Positions 28,288-38,207 of a stretch of 56,027 nt of DNA are shown piece by piece. The position numbers and the translations under genes were made by a program. Location of the stretch: positions 1 to 56,027 of IMG/VR virus record IMGVR_UViG_3300037258_000287; one strand, given 5' to 3'. The stretch is from a virus. Its lineage: Duplodnaviria > Caudoviricetes. Each line of letters starts with the position of its first letter. Positions within the stretch are counted from its first letter, which is position 1. A model generated the notes under the pieces. It saw only the letters and a program-made list of their open reading frames with translations. It was not told the origin of the DNA and searched no databases.

Positions 28288-29259
28288 ATGCAATTCGAGC
28301 AACTGCTGAGCGATTTTCAAGAGGCCTACATGCCGCGCCTGGCCGCGCCGACCCGAGCGAAGTACACCTCACTCATCCGGCAACACATCAGGCCCAAGTT
28401 CGCGGATATGGAAGTCGATGCCATCACCACCAAAGTGCTCGACATCTGGCTGAACAGTAAGAACGATCGGCTATCGTGGGCAGCCCGCGCCGACTTGCGC
28501 AACCTCATGTCGTCGATCTTCACCCGGGCGGAAAAGTACGGGACATGGGAAGGCAAGAATCCGGCGCGATATGCCAACCCCGGCCGGCGGGCGCCGAAAT
28601 ATGAGCACTGCAAGCTGACGGTAGAGCAGACGAAGACGCTACTCGCTCACCTGCCCGACGATGTCCGGCTCATCTGTATGGTGGCGCTGTTCTCCGGGCT
28701 GCGAATGAGTGAAGTGATGGGCTTGTGCTGGAAGCATGTGGACTTCTCGCGTGGCCTCTTTCTCATCCGGCAGCGCTACTGGCGCGGAGACATCGGACCC
28801 ACCAAGTCCGAGACATCGGCGCGCGATATTCCATTCGGCGACTTGCGGGAACTGCTGCTGGCGTTGAAACCCGAGGGCAACGTAGACGAGCGCTTCTGTT
28901 TCTCGGTCGAGACGCACGGTTTCGGAGCCGGCCGCGGCGGAGCTTACCGCGAGACCGGACAGACGCGCGATGATCGCTCAATTCACCAGCACTTCCTGCG
29001 TCCCGCGGCGGAAAAGCTGAACATTTATCGCAAAGGCTTTGGCTTTCATGCGTTCAGACGTGAAGCAATCACGGCCGTAGACGAAATATTGGGCTCAATT
29101 CAGGCAATGAAGTTCGCAGGGCACAGTAGTTTAAACGTCACCAGCCGCTACGGGCTCAAAGATCATGCCAAACAGGATCAGGCAGTTAGAAAACTCCAGA
29201 AACCGTATTCGTCTTTGCTTCGCCCTCGAACGAAAAATGTTACTACCAAGCCGAAGTGA
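28288..29259 (+). CDS. int: Tyrosine integrase
   Basis: SGLRMSE (R), TKS (K), HAFRR, GH and SRY catalytic residues; adjacent attP. Confidence 0.93.
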   Translation: MQFEQLLSDFQEAYMPRLAAPTRAKYTSLIRQHIRPKFADMEVDAITTKVLDIWLNSKNDRLSWAARADLRNLMSSIFTRAEKYGTWEGKNPARYANPGRRAPKYEHCKLTVEQTKTLLAHLPDDVRLICMVALFSGLRMSEVMGLCWKHVDFSRGLFLIRQRYWRGDIGPTKSETSARDIPFGDLRELLLALKPEGNVDERFCFSVETHGFGAGRGGAYRETGQTRDDRSIHQHFLRPAAEKLNIYRKGFGFHAFRREAITAVDEILGSIQAMKFAGHSSLNVTSRYGLKDHAKQDQAVRKLQKPYSSLLRPRTKNVTTKPK

Positions 29260-29387
29260 GGTGTGTTAAAGTGCAGAACGTACCCGAAAGAACGTGGATG
29301 CGTCAGGCGAGCCCCAAACCGACCGTAAGACTTCTGTCAAGCGTGTTGTGTGTGATTGCCGGTCTTTTTTTCGTGAGGGGGATGATA

Positions 29388-29434
29388 CCTTCACACGGAA
29401 GAGGTCCGGGGTTCGAGTCCCTGCGCGCCCACCA
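29388..29434 (+). other. attP core: 3' half of tRNA-Val(CAC)
   Basis: CC-TTCACAC-GGAAG-AGGTC-CGGGG-TTCGAGT-CCCTG-CGCGCCC-ACCA; 5' acceptor strand and D arm absent. Confidence 0.88.
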
Positions 29435-29748
29435 CTCCCACACGGCAGAGCAGTCAGCCCGCAAGAACTTCCGCGTACCATACGCGCCCACAGTGTCTAA
29501 GCGGCCACCTCCGACTGTCCTTGGCGTTTCTGCTGAGGAGGACTTTGGACGGTTGACCTCAACAAAAACGCAATTTCAAACGAAGGCGGCCACGAACAGC
29601 AAGTGGCACACCACGGAGTCTAACGCACTCCCCGCTTTCGTAGCAAGTTCGCATTTCTGGGGTTAGTTCTCCTTTTCCCAAGTGATGCGGAATAGTAGGG
29701 CGACTGACCGTCCACAGTCGCTCGGCTCTATAAGCGGAGCTTATTAAG

Positions 29749-30117
29749 ATGGACAGGCCGCAGTTACATTCCCTCCCGCAACCAATCCCCCCATTTTGCG
29801 CAGGTGCGCACCAACGCAGTGGAGACACCGCCTCAGAATCCTACGAGGTTCTCTTGCGCGATGCCCACTCTCCCGAAGAACAGCTCGCCCTGGCATGTGT
29901 GCTTGAGTTGACCGCGCAGGCGAAACCGCCGCGGCGGACCGTGCCACTCGCGGCCGTCATCGATGAACTCGTCGATATCCACAACCTCGATCAGTGGACG
30001 GCCCGGTACGCGCTCGCGATGCTCGACAAGCGTAAGGCTTTGCGTCTGGTGGGAGACGGCTCCGGCGATGTGCAGGTGTCGATCGGCGCCGTGCGTCTCG
30101 CGGAGGTGCTCAGTTAA
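29749..30117 (+). CDS. Hypothetical protein
   Basis: GGAG RBS; first gene after attP. Confidence 0.5.
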   Translation: MDRPQLHSLPQPIPPFCAGAHQRSGDTASESYEVLLRDAHSPEEQLALACVLELTAQAKPPRRTVPLAAVIDELVDIHNLDQWTARYALAMLDKRKALRLVGDGSGDVQVSIGAVRLAEVLS

Positions 30118-30338
30118 TGGCGGCCGGATCGACAGTCCCCAGCCCAATTTTGGGTCATCTTCTTGAGGTAGAGAAACACTTACTAAAGCTGCATGCGGAA
30201 ATTATAGCGGAGGAAGCCCCATCAGGAGCTGACAGCCTCCCTGAAATGGAACGCGAGTTGGAGTCGATTAACGATCTAGAAGCCGTGCGCCGAATGATGC
30301 GCCGAATCATCGCGATAGAAAGCGCGGCGCGGCGATGA
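30117..30338 (+). CDS. Hypothetical helical protein
   Basis: GGAGG RBS; TAATG and ATGA coupling with neighbours. Confidence 0.6.
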   Translation: MAAGSTVPSPILGHLLEVEKHLLKLHAEIIAEEAPSGADSLPEMERELESINDLEAVRRMMRRIIAIESAARR

Positions 30339-31786
30339 AGAGATCGAGGGAAGTCCCAGCGGCGGAGCAGGAAGAATACGGTCAGGAACGGCTTAACTTC
30401 GACCCGCAGAAGCCGGCAGAAATGCCCAAGGCTTGGACTACGACGCCGCACGAGTTCTTCCGCAAATTCCTCCGCGGTTGCGATTCCATTGGGTTGATAC
30501 GGCTTGCGGGCCACGTGTTGGACAACACGCTTGGCGGTCAGTTTGACCCGCGGATTTACGGCCGCGAAACCGAGGGCTTTAACAAAAAGAACCTACGGCC
30601 CAACTGCGTACCGCTCACTGGCGCCGAGATGGAAGAGATCACCGGCCAAACGGAGAGCGGCGTTGCAAAGGTCGTCGCACTGGGGCAGTCATTGGGCGTG
30701 GTCCGATCAGAGCGCAAATTCGGCAAGCTATGGTACTTCATCGACTGGGATTCGGTAAGCAAGATGGAAGCGTCCGAGCCGCGGAAGGTGGCGCCAAAGC
30801 CCGAGACCACGAATATCCCCCACGACATTCCCCATGGTATGCCGATGGTGACCGTACCGGGCTCGAGCGAAGCAATCCCGCTTTCAGCCGCGTGTCCCTC
30901 GGGCGAGGCATGTTGTCTGGTGGCCAAATATTCCGGACCGCCATGCAGTGGAAATGCAGGTTTGGTTGAAAAGATAACCACTTGCATGACCGAATCTGCC
31001 GAGCAGGGCAGATTTATCCCTGCTAACTTGCAGCCAATCACTGCAAAATCCCTGCGTGAGGCAATCGACAAGGTGCAGTTCCGGCGCGGCGGCATTGATT
31101 ATAATCAACTGCCCGTGGAGGCAATCTCCCTGACCGGCCGGACGCTCGACATCACACTCGCGCCGTCACCTGGTGCGCGGTCCCAAGACTGGCTCGTCAA
31201 TCAGCGTGACCATGACCTGATAGCCGAGGAAGTTGTGCGAGCCTCCGGTGCCTCATCGCCGAATCCGTCGAGCGGGCATAGTGGGAACGTAGTGGGGAAC
31301 GTAGTGGGGAATTCCGGGGTGGAAGCAGCCGACCGCCTCACACTTGCTGATATCACACGCAAGCTGAACGAAAGACTGCGCCCCAAATTCGGCTCGAAAG
31401 TTCCGCCGTCAGTCGCGAACGGCGTCTATCAGCTCATCCAGACCGAGGCCGCGTGGTCCTGCCTCAACGCCTGCATATCGCGGCGGCAGAACCACATCAA
31501 GTCCTGGAACGTGCTCATAAAAGGACCGGAAGGCAAAGGTATCGCGCATGAAGCTGCAGAAGCCTATGCCGACGAGCTGGCCGCGTTCCCCCCGCCGGCG
31601 CCGCGCAACCATCGTGAACCGCGCTGGGCAAACGAGGGGATGTGGGCAGCGGACAAAGCCCACTGGGATGAGCTGAGCGCCGAGCAGAAAGACTTTTACC
31701 GCGGCATGTTCGAGGATGCGCCGCGAAACGATCTATCCCGGAAAGCCGCGCTGCCCGTTGCGCGTGACAACCGGACCGGAGGGTGA
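30335..31786 (+). CDS. Putative replication initiator
   Basis: 483 aa; N-terminal winged-helix-like segment; internal tandem repeats at 31279-31315. Confidence 0.55.
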   Translation: MKRSREVPAAEQEEYGQERLNFDPQKPAEMPKAWTTTPHEFFRKFLRGCDSIGLIRLAGHVLDNTLGGQFDPRIYGRETEGFNKKNLRPNCVPLTGAEMEEITGQTESGVAKVVALGQSLGVVRSERKFGKLWYFIDWDSVSKMEASEPRKVAPKPETTNIPHDIPHGMPMVTVPGSSEAIPLSAACPSGEACCLVAKYSGPPCSGNAGLVEKITTCMTESAEQGRFIPANLQPITAKSLREAIDKVQFRRGGIDYNQLPVEAISLTGRTLDITLAPSPGARSQDWLVNQRDHDLIAEEVVRASGASSPNPSSGHSGNVVGNVVGNSGVEAADRLTLADITRKLNERLRPKFGSKVPPSVANGVYQLIQTEAAWSCLNACISRRQNHIKSWNVLIKGPEGKGIAHEAAEAYADELAAFPPPAPRNHREPRWANEGMWAADKAHWDELSAEQKDFYRGMFEDAPRNDLSRKAALPVARDNRTGG

Positions 31787-32159
31787 TGCGGGAAGTACGG
31801 GATAGGGCCACGGAGCTACGCCGCACGTAGCGATTTCGGAATGGTGAAGGGAGGGCAAGTTGAGAGACAGAATTATCGCGGACGTTCGGGGCTGCACGAC
31901 GCCACAGGCGCGCACGGCAGCACTCATGAAAGGAATCGCGATGGGCACTCGCGACGCGGTGACAAACGGCGGCAACAGCGGGTATGCGACCTGGGTAAAT
32001 GAGCTGCAAGCCGACGCGGAGCTGTACACCTATGCGCTTCTAGCCCCAGGTTTGCAAACCGCAGGAGAGCAGAAGGAAACGGCAGGCGCTGCCGGATAGC
32101 GCTGGGGAAAAAAGTAAAGGCCCCGCGTTCTAAGCGCGAGGCCGGAAAGCTTTACGAAG

Positions 32160-32384
32160 ATGGGATCAGAGACAATCGTACACGACGCGAAACCGAGCGT
32201 CAAGACTGCGGGCGTGCCCAAGCACGGAATTCCGGGCACGGTGTGCTTTATAGGCGAAGGATTCTCCTACCGCATCCACTGTCGGTGTGGCTGGGAGAGC
32301 ACCGAGCAACCAGTACTCGCCATCCCTGCCCAAGAGTTCGACGCGCACATGATGGATGTCGAGCGGGAGGCCGCGCGTGGCTAA
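32160..32384 (+). CDS. Small Zn-binding protein
   Basis: HCRCGW...FDAH motif. Confidence 0.55.
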   Translation: MGSETIVHDAKPSVKTAGVPKHGIPGTVCFIGEGFSYRIHCRCGWESTEQPVLAIPAQEFDAHMMDVEREAARG

Positions 32385-32634
32385 GCCCGTCCGCAAGTGG
32401 GATGCGCTCGATATCGAGGCTGCGCTGGAATCGCTGCTCGAAGCGTTCGCTCAAGAATTCTACGGTGTCCCGTGGGCGGCAATCAAGGATCCAGACGCGA
32501 GGCGCGTAACTGGTGCTTTCGCGTCCAACATGATCGCTCTCGGGAAGGCCTGTGCGCCGGTTCCGTATCGTCTCACGGAGAAGGGTAAGTTATTTGCCCA
32601 CGTACACAAACAACGGGAGGCCGCGCGTGGCTAG
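32377..32634 (+). CDS. Hypothetical protein
   Basis: GGAGG RBS and GTG start within junction repeat. Confidence 0.55.
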   Translation: MAKPVRKWDALDIEAALESLLEAFAQEFYGVPWAAIKDPDARRVTGAFASNMIALGKACAPVPYRLTEKGKLFAHVHKQREAARG

Positions 32635-33004
32635 TCACGTTCAGATGTGCAGTCAGTTCACGGATGACGCAGAGTTGCGCCTTGAGAAGGTAGTCTGCCT
32701 TGCTCTGCAACCCTACCTCGCGCTCTCTGACGACGCCACCTACATGCTTGAGGACGTCGAACGCCTCGTCCGGGAAACCGGCATCGCCGTAGAGTTCGAC
32801 GAGGATGATGACCTTGAAGAAGAGGACTGGATTTTCGAGCTACTCATGGCGCGCGGCTTTAACGGATGGTTTATCGAAGTGGCCCACGCAAAGAGCGGGT
32901 GGGGCCTCTACAATTCCCGATGGTTCTACGCCGATACCGTTGATGAGGCCCTAGCCAAAGCGCTGGCTTATACGGAATGGCCGCAAGAAAAAGTGAGCGC
33001 ATGA
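32627..33004 (+). CDS. Hypothetical acidic protein
   Basis: GGAGG RBS and GTG start within junction repeat. Confidence 0.6.
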   Translation: MASHVQMCSQFTDDAELRLEKVVCLALQPYLALSDDATYMLEDVERLVRETGIAVEFDEDDDLEEEDWIFELLMARGFNGWFIEVAHAKSGWGLYNSRWFYADTVDEALAKALAYTEWPQEKVSA

Positions 33005-33683
33005 ACAGCCACACCTACGCCCACGGCCCCGCCTACGATGCTGAGCCCGCCGAAGGCCCTTGCCAGTGCTGCCGCGATTCGTGCTCTGACGGCTGCCGGT
33101 GTAAATCGAAGGTGTCCGCATGAAGCCGCGCTACATCGAAGCCGCGTTCTGGGCGGTGCTCGCGTTAGCGCTCGCGGCTGGCGCGTGCGGGTACGTTGCG
33201 TTTGTGCGTGGGGGTGGAAGGTGAGCAACGTCCTGCCAGCCTGCGATATGCAGGGAAATGTTGAGCAGGCACACACCCGTTTCGGCGAGTTGCTCCACGA
33301 TCTTGCGTCGGCTGCGATGGCTGTAACCCACCACGATATCGACGAGGCTGAACCCGAGGCACGACATGAGATTGCTGCGATGGAACGGCGCTTTCGCCCA
33401 ATATTGTGTTCTTACCTCGCTTCGATGAGGAGGCGAAAGCAATGAGCGTAGCCCACGACGACGACTTCCTGCGGCGGCAACCTGCGAAGCTTCAGCCGCC
33501 GACGCCGCAACCGCTGCCCGCCGAGCTGCACGGGTTACGCGCTGCCCACGCCATGGGATACGCGTGCCGAGAGCGCGGATTTCATCACGTCCCGACGCCG
33601 CTCGAAATCACGGCAAGCCTGCGCGACTGGGCCTGGGATCTCGGGTGGCGCGAGGCTGAGTGGCTGGCGGGGAGGAAACGCGC

Positions 33684-34352
33684 ATGATCGACGTACGCTT
33701 CGTTCCTATCGAAAAGTGGCCGGGCAAGGACCGCCCCTCGACCGGAAACCGCAACGCGCCATTTCGCGCCAAATATGCGGCGACGCTTGACCTGCTCGAG
33801 TCGGAGCTAAACGAACTTCACGCGAAGGACATCACTATTCAGGCGTTCTTCGCAAGGCAGGAAATCCGCAACGACGGCTGGCCGTATTCGAGCGCAAAGC
33901 CGCGCTACCCCGGCGTTATCGTAGGTTTCCGGCGGCATTTCCGGCAGTGGAATTCCAAGACCAGCAGCTACCGAGAGTGGAAAGAGGAAATGTCCTTCCC
34001 CTGCGATACCTTCTGTTCGTGGGAAGACAACATCCGGGCCATCGCGCTAGCGCTTGAAGCGCTGCGGAAGATCGACCGGTACGGCGTGACGCAAGCGGGC
34101 GAGCAGTATAAGGGCTGGGCACGATTGCCGGAAGCTGCGCCGGCGGAAGAGATGACGCGGGAAATGGCAGCGATTTACATCGCGGGCTATTCGGCCGTGC
34201 CCAAAGACTACATCCTCGCCGGCACAACGCAACTCAATGACGCATATCGTAAAGCCGCCGGCATACTCCATCCCGACAATCAGCAGACCGGAAACCACGA
34301 AGCTTTCGTGCGGCTCCAAAAGGCCAAGCAAATATTGGAGGCCAAAGTCTGA
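33684..34352 (+). CDS. Phage J-domain protein
   Basis: C-terminal AYRKAAGILHPD...GNHEAFVRLQKA; NIRAIALALEALRKIDRYGV. Confidence 0.85.
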   Translation: MIDVRFVPIEKWPGKDRPSTGNRNAPFRAKYAATLDLLESELNELHAKDITIQAFFARQEIRNDGWPYSSAKPRYPGVIVGFRRHFRQWNSKTSSYREWKEEMSFPCDTFCSWEDNIRAIALALEALRKIDRYGVTQAGEQYKGWARLPEAAPAEEMTREMAAIYIAGYSAVPKDYILAGTTQLNDAYRKAAGILHPDNQQTGNHEAFVRLQKAKQILEAKV

Positions 34353-35527
34353 TGTCAGTGAGCCGAGTTTACGCCGTGGCCATGACGCGGCGCGATGTCC
34401 AGGACGCGATACGGCTGCTGCGTCTTTTGCGCGAACATCTTTCGTCTGCCATCCATAGCGTGACGATCAACGGGGAAATGCGGCAGATGCCCGGCCAAAC
34501 CAGAAAAGAGCTACGCGAGCTGCAAGAGTCTGTCATCCAAGATTTGCGTGACATCAGGACGGCTAAGCGTCTTGAAAACGACCTGATGATCGCGATGCAC
34601 GCCGAGGTTGACGCATGAACGACACTGCCCGCATCGCGTTCACGTCTCCCAGCGAGACGCCCGACCAGTGGGATAGCGATCTCGATTGGTTTTGTGAAAT
34701 GACCGAGGACGCTGCCCGCATCGTGAAGGAAGTCCGCAAGTTGCCACGAGAGGCCCACGCTAGAGTCTGGCGGCTGCGGATAATCGCAGCGGCCGCTAAA
34801 GCTATTGCGCGGACCTGCGACCGGGTCATAGCGGAGGCAGATGGACTCACTCGCAAGGTGGCTGATGTGGAGTTTGAGCGATGAGCACATTCAACGGCGG
34901 CGCGCTTCCCGAAGACGTTCAGGACGGCGCGCAGATCATCCTCGGCTTCGTGATTGACCTCTTCACGATCGGCGCCAAGTCGGAGTTCACGAGGGAAGAA
35001 ATCCTCGTGATCCTAAACATGGTAAAGAATGACCCCGAACTGTTTGACGACGACACTATCCTCTTTCACGAATCGGTCGGGGCCGACACGGAGTTCCCGC
35101 GATGAAGCGCGACATCCTAGAGGTAACCGTGGCCTCGTGCATAGCGGAGACAACGCGCTCGCTCACCCCGCAAGTCAAAGGCAAGGACACGGATGGCGGG
35201 TCGCAGTTGATGAGCTTCGAGCCGCGCCAACGCCGCGTCATCAACGCGTGCGCTGAGGCCATCGTCGAGCGACTGTTGAGTATGGGCGTGCTGAAAGGGG
35301 TGAAGTAGATGCGCAAATACCAAGTGGAAGTTACCGTCTCTTGCGCGGGCGTTATCTACGTCGAAGCCGATTCCGAAGACAAAGCCCGCGAACTCGTGGA
35401 TAAGGCCATGCCCGATGTGAGTTTCTTCGGCTGCGATGTTGACGGTGACGAGTTTGACTCCACGAACGCCTTCGTAACAGTTGATGGGATCAGCATCGAC
35501 GACAGGCCCGAGGAACCGGAGGAATGA
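34352..35527 (+). CDS. Run of five small coupled hypothetical genes (34352, 34615, 34881, 35102, 35309)
   Basis: Stop/start overlaps or abutments with RBSs. Confidence 0.55.
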
Positions 35528-36134
35528 TGGCGCTGCTGAAAGGGGTGAAGTGATGCGAACGAAAACCGCGGTTCACGTGAAGCGGCCCGGTCCGCTCGAC
35601 TGGAACCCGGCATGGAGTTCACCTTGGCGTCTGAGGAGCGCGGAAGTACCCGCAACACTGCTCGCTCTGCTTTTCGCTCTGCCCCTCGCCTCGGAAATGG
35701 TCTTGCAGCAGATCCCCTGTCCTTTAGACCCGATAGGCGAAGGCGTTATTACCGGAATTGCGTCGGTGAACGGTGTATCGCAGCAAGCCTGCTTCACTAT
35801 TGCGCCACCGCCGGTGAAGCCGCCGTTCAACCTCTACCAGGCGTTGGCTCAGGGGCAGGGCATCTATATTTCTCAGCTTCCAAATGGAAAGGTGAAACTG
35901 ATAGCGAATGCAGCCGAGGTTCCGTTCCTCGGTCTGCAGAACACGTACAGCGGGGCGTTTAATGACTTCTCAGCGTCGCAGATATTCTTGCCCGGCAGCC
36001 GCGGCGCACCGCAACCGAACTGCGTGCAGGCGCTCGAAGGGACGGCCTGGTACACGCCGGGCAGCGCAACGTTCGGCGGAGTGTTTCAGGTTTGCCAGAA
36101 TCAGAGCGGAGTCTTTGCATGGGTGACACATTGA
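35481..36134 (+). CDS. Fibre-like or exported hypothetical protein (start likely 35553 or later)
   Basis: Hydrophobic LLALLFALPLA segment, then a beta-rich Cys-containing domain. Confidence 0.5.
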   Translation: MMGSASTTGPRNRRNDGAAERGEVMRTKTAVHVKRPGPLDWNPAWSSPWRLRSAEVPATLLALLFALPLASEMVLQQIPCPLDPIGEGVITGIASVNGVSQQACFTIAPPPVKPPFNLYQALAQGQGIYISQLPNGKVKLIANAAEVPFLGLQNTYSGAFNDFSASQIFLPGSRGAPQPNCVQALEGTAWYTPGSATFGGVFQVCQNQSGVFAWVTH

Positions 36135-36381
36135 GTGACGCGGCCGAAGCGTTGGGACGCTGCTACGCAGCACGCGGGTATCTTGTGGTCGGATCGAACA
36201 GGCGATTACCCACAGGCCATATTCTTCGGAACGTGGATATAGACGGCGCACCTTGCGAAATGCCTCTTCGAGTGGTTGCTGAGACCACCAGGGAAGATTG
36301 CCAGGCGCAGTTAGACCTTTGGGGAAATGGTTACCAGGTTCACCGCTCATGGTCCTACTTCTACCGCGTGGAGTCTGACTG

Positions 36382-37011
36382 ATGAAAGCACAGGAAGTCT
36401 ACGAAGGGAGCGACGGCAAGGTGACGACACTGTACTATGCCCACCTTATCCAGCGCGGCGGGGAACTGGGAACCGTTGCGATGAATCTGTTTCGCGCGCA
36501 GAAGTGCAGCGCACGCGCGAAAGTCTACCGTGGCGGCATTCGTGGGCGCGGCTCATTCAAAAGCATGGCGTACGAGCGGAAGTCCTGGTCTATGGGGTTG
36601 CTGTGCGATGCGCTCGCCACAAACGCGGAAACGCTGGGCATCGCCTGGGGATGGAAAGAAGATCCTCACACGCCATTCGGCAACGAGCCCTCGTGGGTGC
36701 TGTACGTTGAGTTGCCCGAGGGCATGCCGGCCTACACCAAAGACGGGAATAAGATGTTCAGTAACACCCATTTCAAGACCGAAAACGAGGCGTGGAACTC
36801 GATCCTTCGCAGCGTCGAGGCCTTCATCAGCCTGTCCGCGTCTTCACTCATCAGGGCGCGGGCGGATCTACAAAAGGCCGAGAAATACGCGGCGGATGCC
36901 GTTGTCGAGTACATGACAGCAAAAAGGAATTACGAAAGGCGCATGGCTGAGCTGATCAACGGTCCTACCGCCCCGCCCCCAGCTCCCATGCCAACAGATC
37001 GTCAGGAGTAA
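36382..37011 (+). CDS. Hypothetical protein, possibly chimeric
   Basis: GGAG RBS; NLFRAQKCSARAKVYRGG...WGWKED...WVLYVELP domain. Confidence 0.6.
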   Translation: MKAQEVYEGSDGKVTTLYYAHLIQRGGELGTVAMNLFRAQKCSARAKVYRGGIRGRGSFKSMAYERKSWSMGLLCDALATNAETLGIAWGWKEDPHTPFGNEPSWVLYVELPEGMPAYTKDGNKMFSNTHFKTENEAWNSILRSVEAFISLSASSLIRARADLQKAEKYAADAVVEYMTAKRNYERRMAELINGPTAPPPAPMPTDRQE

Positions 37012-37198
37012 CCCGCAGCGCAAGGCAAAGCTGCACCATCAGCGCCACAGACAATCCCGGCGCTTGCCCTCCTTCAATGACGCCGATATAAGACCGGGCA
37101 ACTCCACACTCAGCAGCAAGCTTACGCTGCGTCATCTGCAGTTCTGCCCGGCGCATCACGATCCTGCGCCCCAAACGGTTGAGCACAGCTTGTCCCAT
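36965..37198 (-). CDS. XRE-family HTH regulator
   Basis: LGRRIVMRRAELQMTQRKLAAECGVARSYIGVIEGG...VTPDDLL. Confidence 0.85.
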   Translation of the reverse strand: MGQAVLNRLGRRIVMRRAELQMTQRKLAAECGVARSYIGVIEGGQAPGLSVALMVQLCLALRVTPDDLLAWELGAGR

Positions 37199-37284
37199 GA
37201 CTGACGGCCTCCCAGAGCGGTTAAATGCCATTGTCAGAGCGCAGCCCCTTGCGTTATTAGACTTGGCACACCACAATCGTATCA

Positions 37285-37803
37285 ATGCGGACCACTTCAG
37301 CGGTAATACGTAGTCAGATTGCCGTTCTTTTTGCCGATATTGTGCCTGCGATAGCCCGCAGCATAATGCGAAACCTTCCCAGGTCCTTCGAGCGGGAAGA
37401 TTTGGAGCAGGTGGGCAGGCTGGCGTTGCTCGAAGCCGCGCCGCGGATCGAAGCCTTTGCCCGGAAACGGGTCGAGGGAGCCATGCGGGATAGCGCACGG
37501 TTTCAGAGGTACCGGGAGACGCAGCACGCGAGCTTGTCCGGCTTAAAAAAACAGCCGTCTGTTTTAATAGACAGCCGGACACCCCTGGAAATTTTAATCG
37601 ACGATGAAAAGCAGGCCGGCCTGCAGGCCCACATCTGTTCGCTACCTGCGGACCAGGCGCGCGTCATCTCAGAGCGCATGTCAGGCCGCAAGAGGCAAAA
37701 GGGCAGACCATCCCGTGCCGAAGCAGCAGCTCGGGCGGCCGACATCGCGATAGAAGGCGAGGCTGTGGGTGCGCTGAGGGTTTTGCTGGCGCGGGCGGCA
37801 TAG
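37285..37803 (+). CDS. Degenerate sigma70-like factor (FliA-like region 2)
   Basis: IARSIMRNLPRSFEREDLEQVGRLALLEAA...FARKRVEGAMRD; region-4-like LPADQARVI. Confidence 0.65.
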   Translation: MRTTSAVIRSQIAVLFADIVPAIARSIMRNLPRSFEREDLEQVGRLALLEAAPRIEAFARKRVEGAMRDSARFQRYRETQHASLSGLKKQPSVLIDSRTPLEILIDDEKQAGLQAHICSLPADQARVISERMSGRKRQKGRPSRAEAAARAADIAIEGEAVGALRVLLARAA

Positions 37804-37805
37804 GC

Positions 37806-38207
37806 TTGCTACTCGTAGTCTGCATTGACATGGTCGACCCCACGCTAACCGGCATGGGGGATGGCAGAATCAAGGAATTTGAGGATCTTGCCGCTGATCT
37901 GAAACGGCGTCAGATGCCGCTGCCCGTACGATGCTCCGCGCGAGCCGATCTGCTGCTGAAGGCCGGGGAAGCTTGCATTGCCGGCGGCATTACCGGCCCG
38001 ATCCTCAGTTTGGGAGAGTTCAGATACCAATCTCTTCCAGCGGATCACAGACTACAGAGACTATCGGGGTACATCTGGCCCGGCGGCGACCCGTGCGAAC
38101 TCGTCGAGGACGCCGCGGTACCCGCCAACGTTCTCAGGTTCCAGCTCACCTGCATGCGAAATTGGGATCTGAAAAGCGTTGACCTGCAGAGACGAAGAAT
38201 GGGTTGA
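37806..38207 (+). CDS. Divergent stand-alone paralog of a capsid protein subdomain
   Basis: Ungapped alignment to MCP segment TMTPDG...RLASY, 14/77 identities by hand. Confidence 0.55.
   Translation: MLLVVCIDMVDPTLTGMGDGRIKEFEDLAADLKRRQMPLPVRCSARADLLLKAGEACIAGGITGPILSLGEFRYQSLPADHRLQRLSGYIWPGGDPCELVEDAAVPANVLRFQLTCMRNWDLKSVDLQRRRMG

Noticed and set aside
29360-29434. Functional phage tRNA gene
   Set aside because: No 5' acceptor strand or D arm; only the 3' half is present
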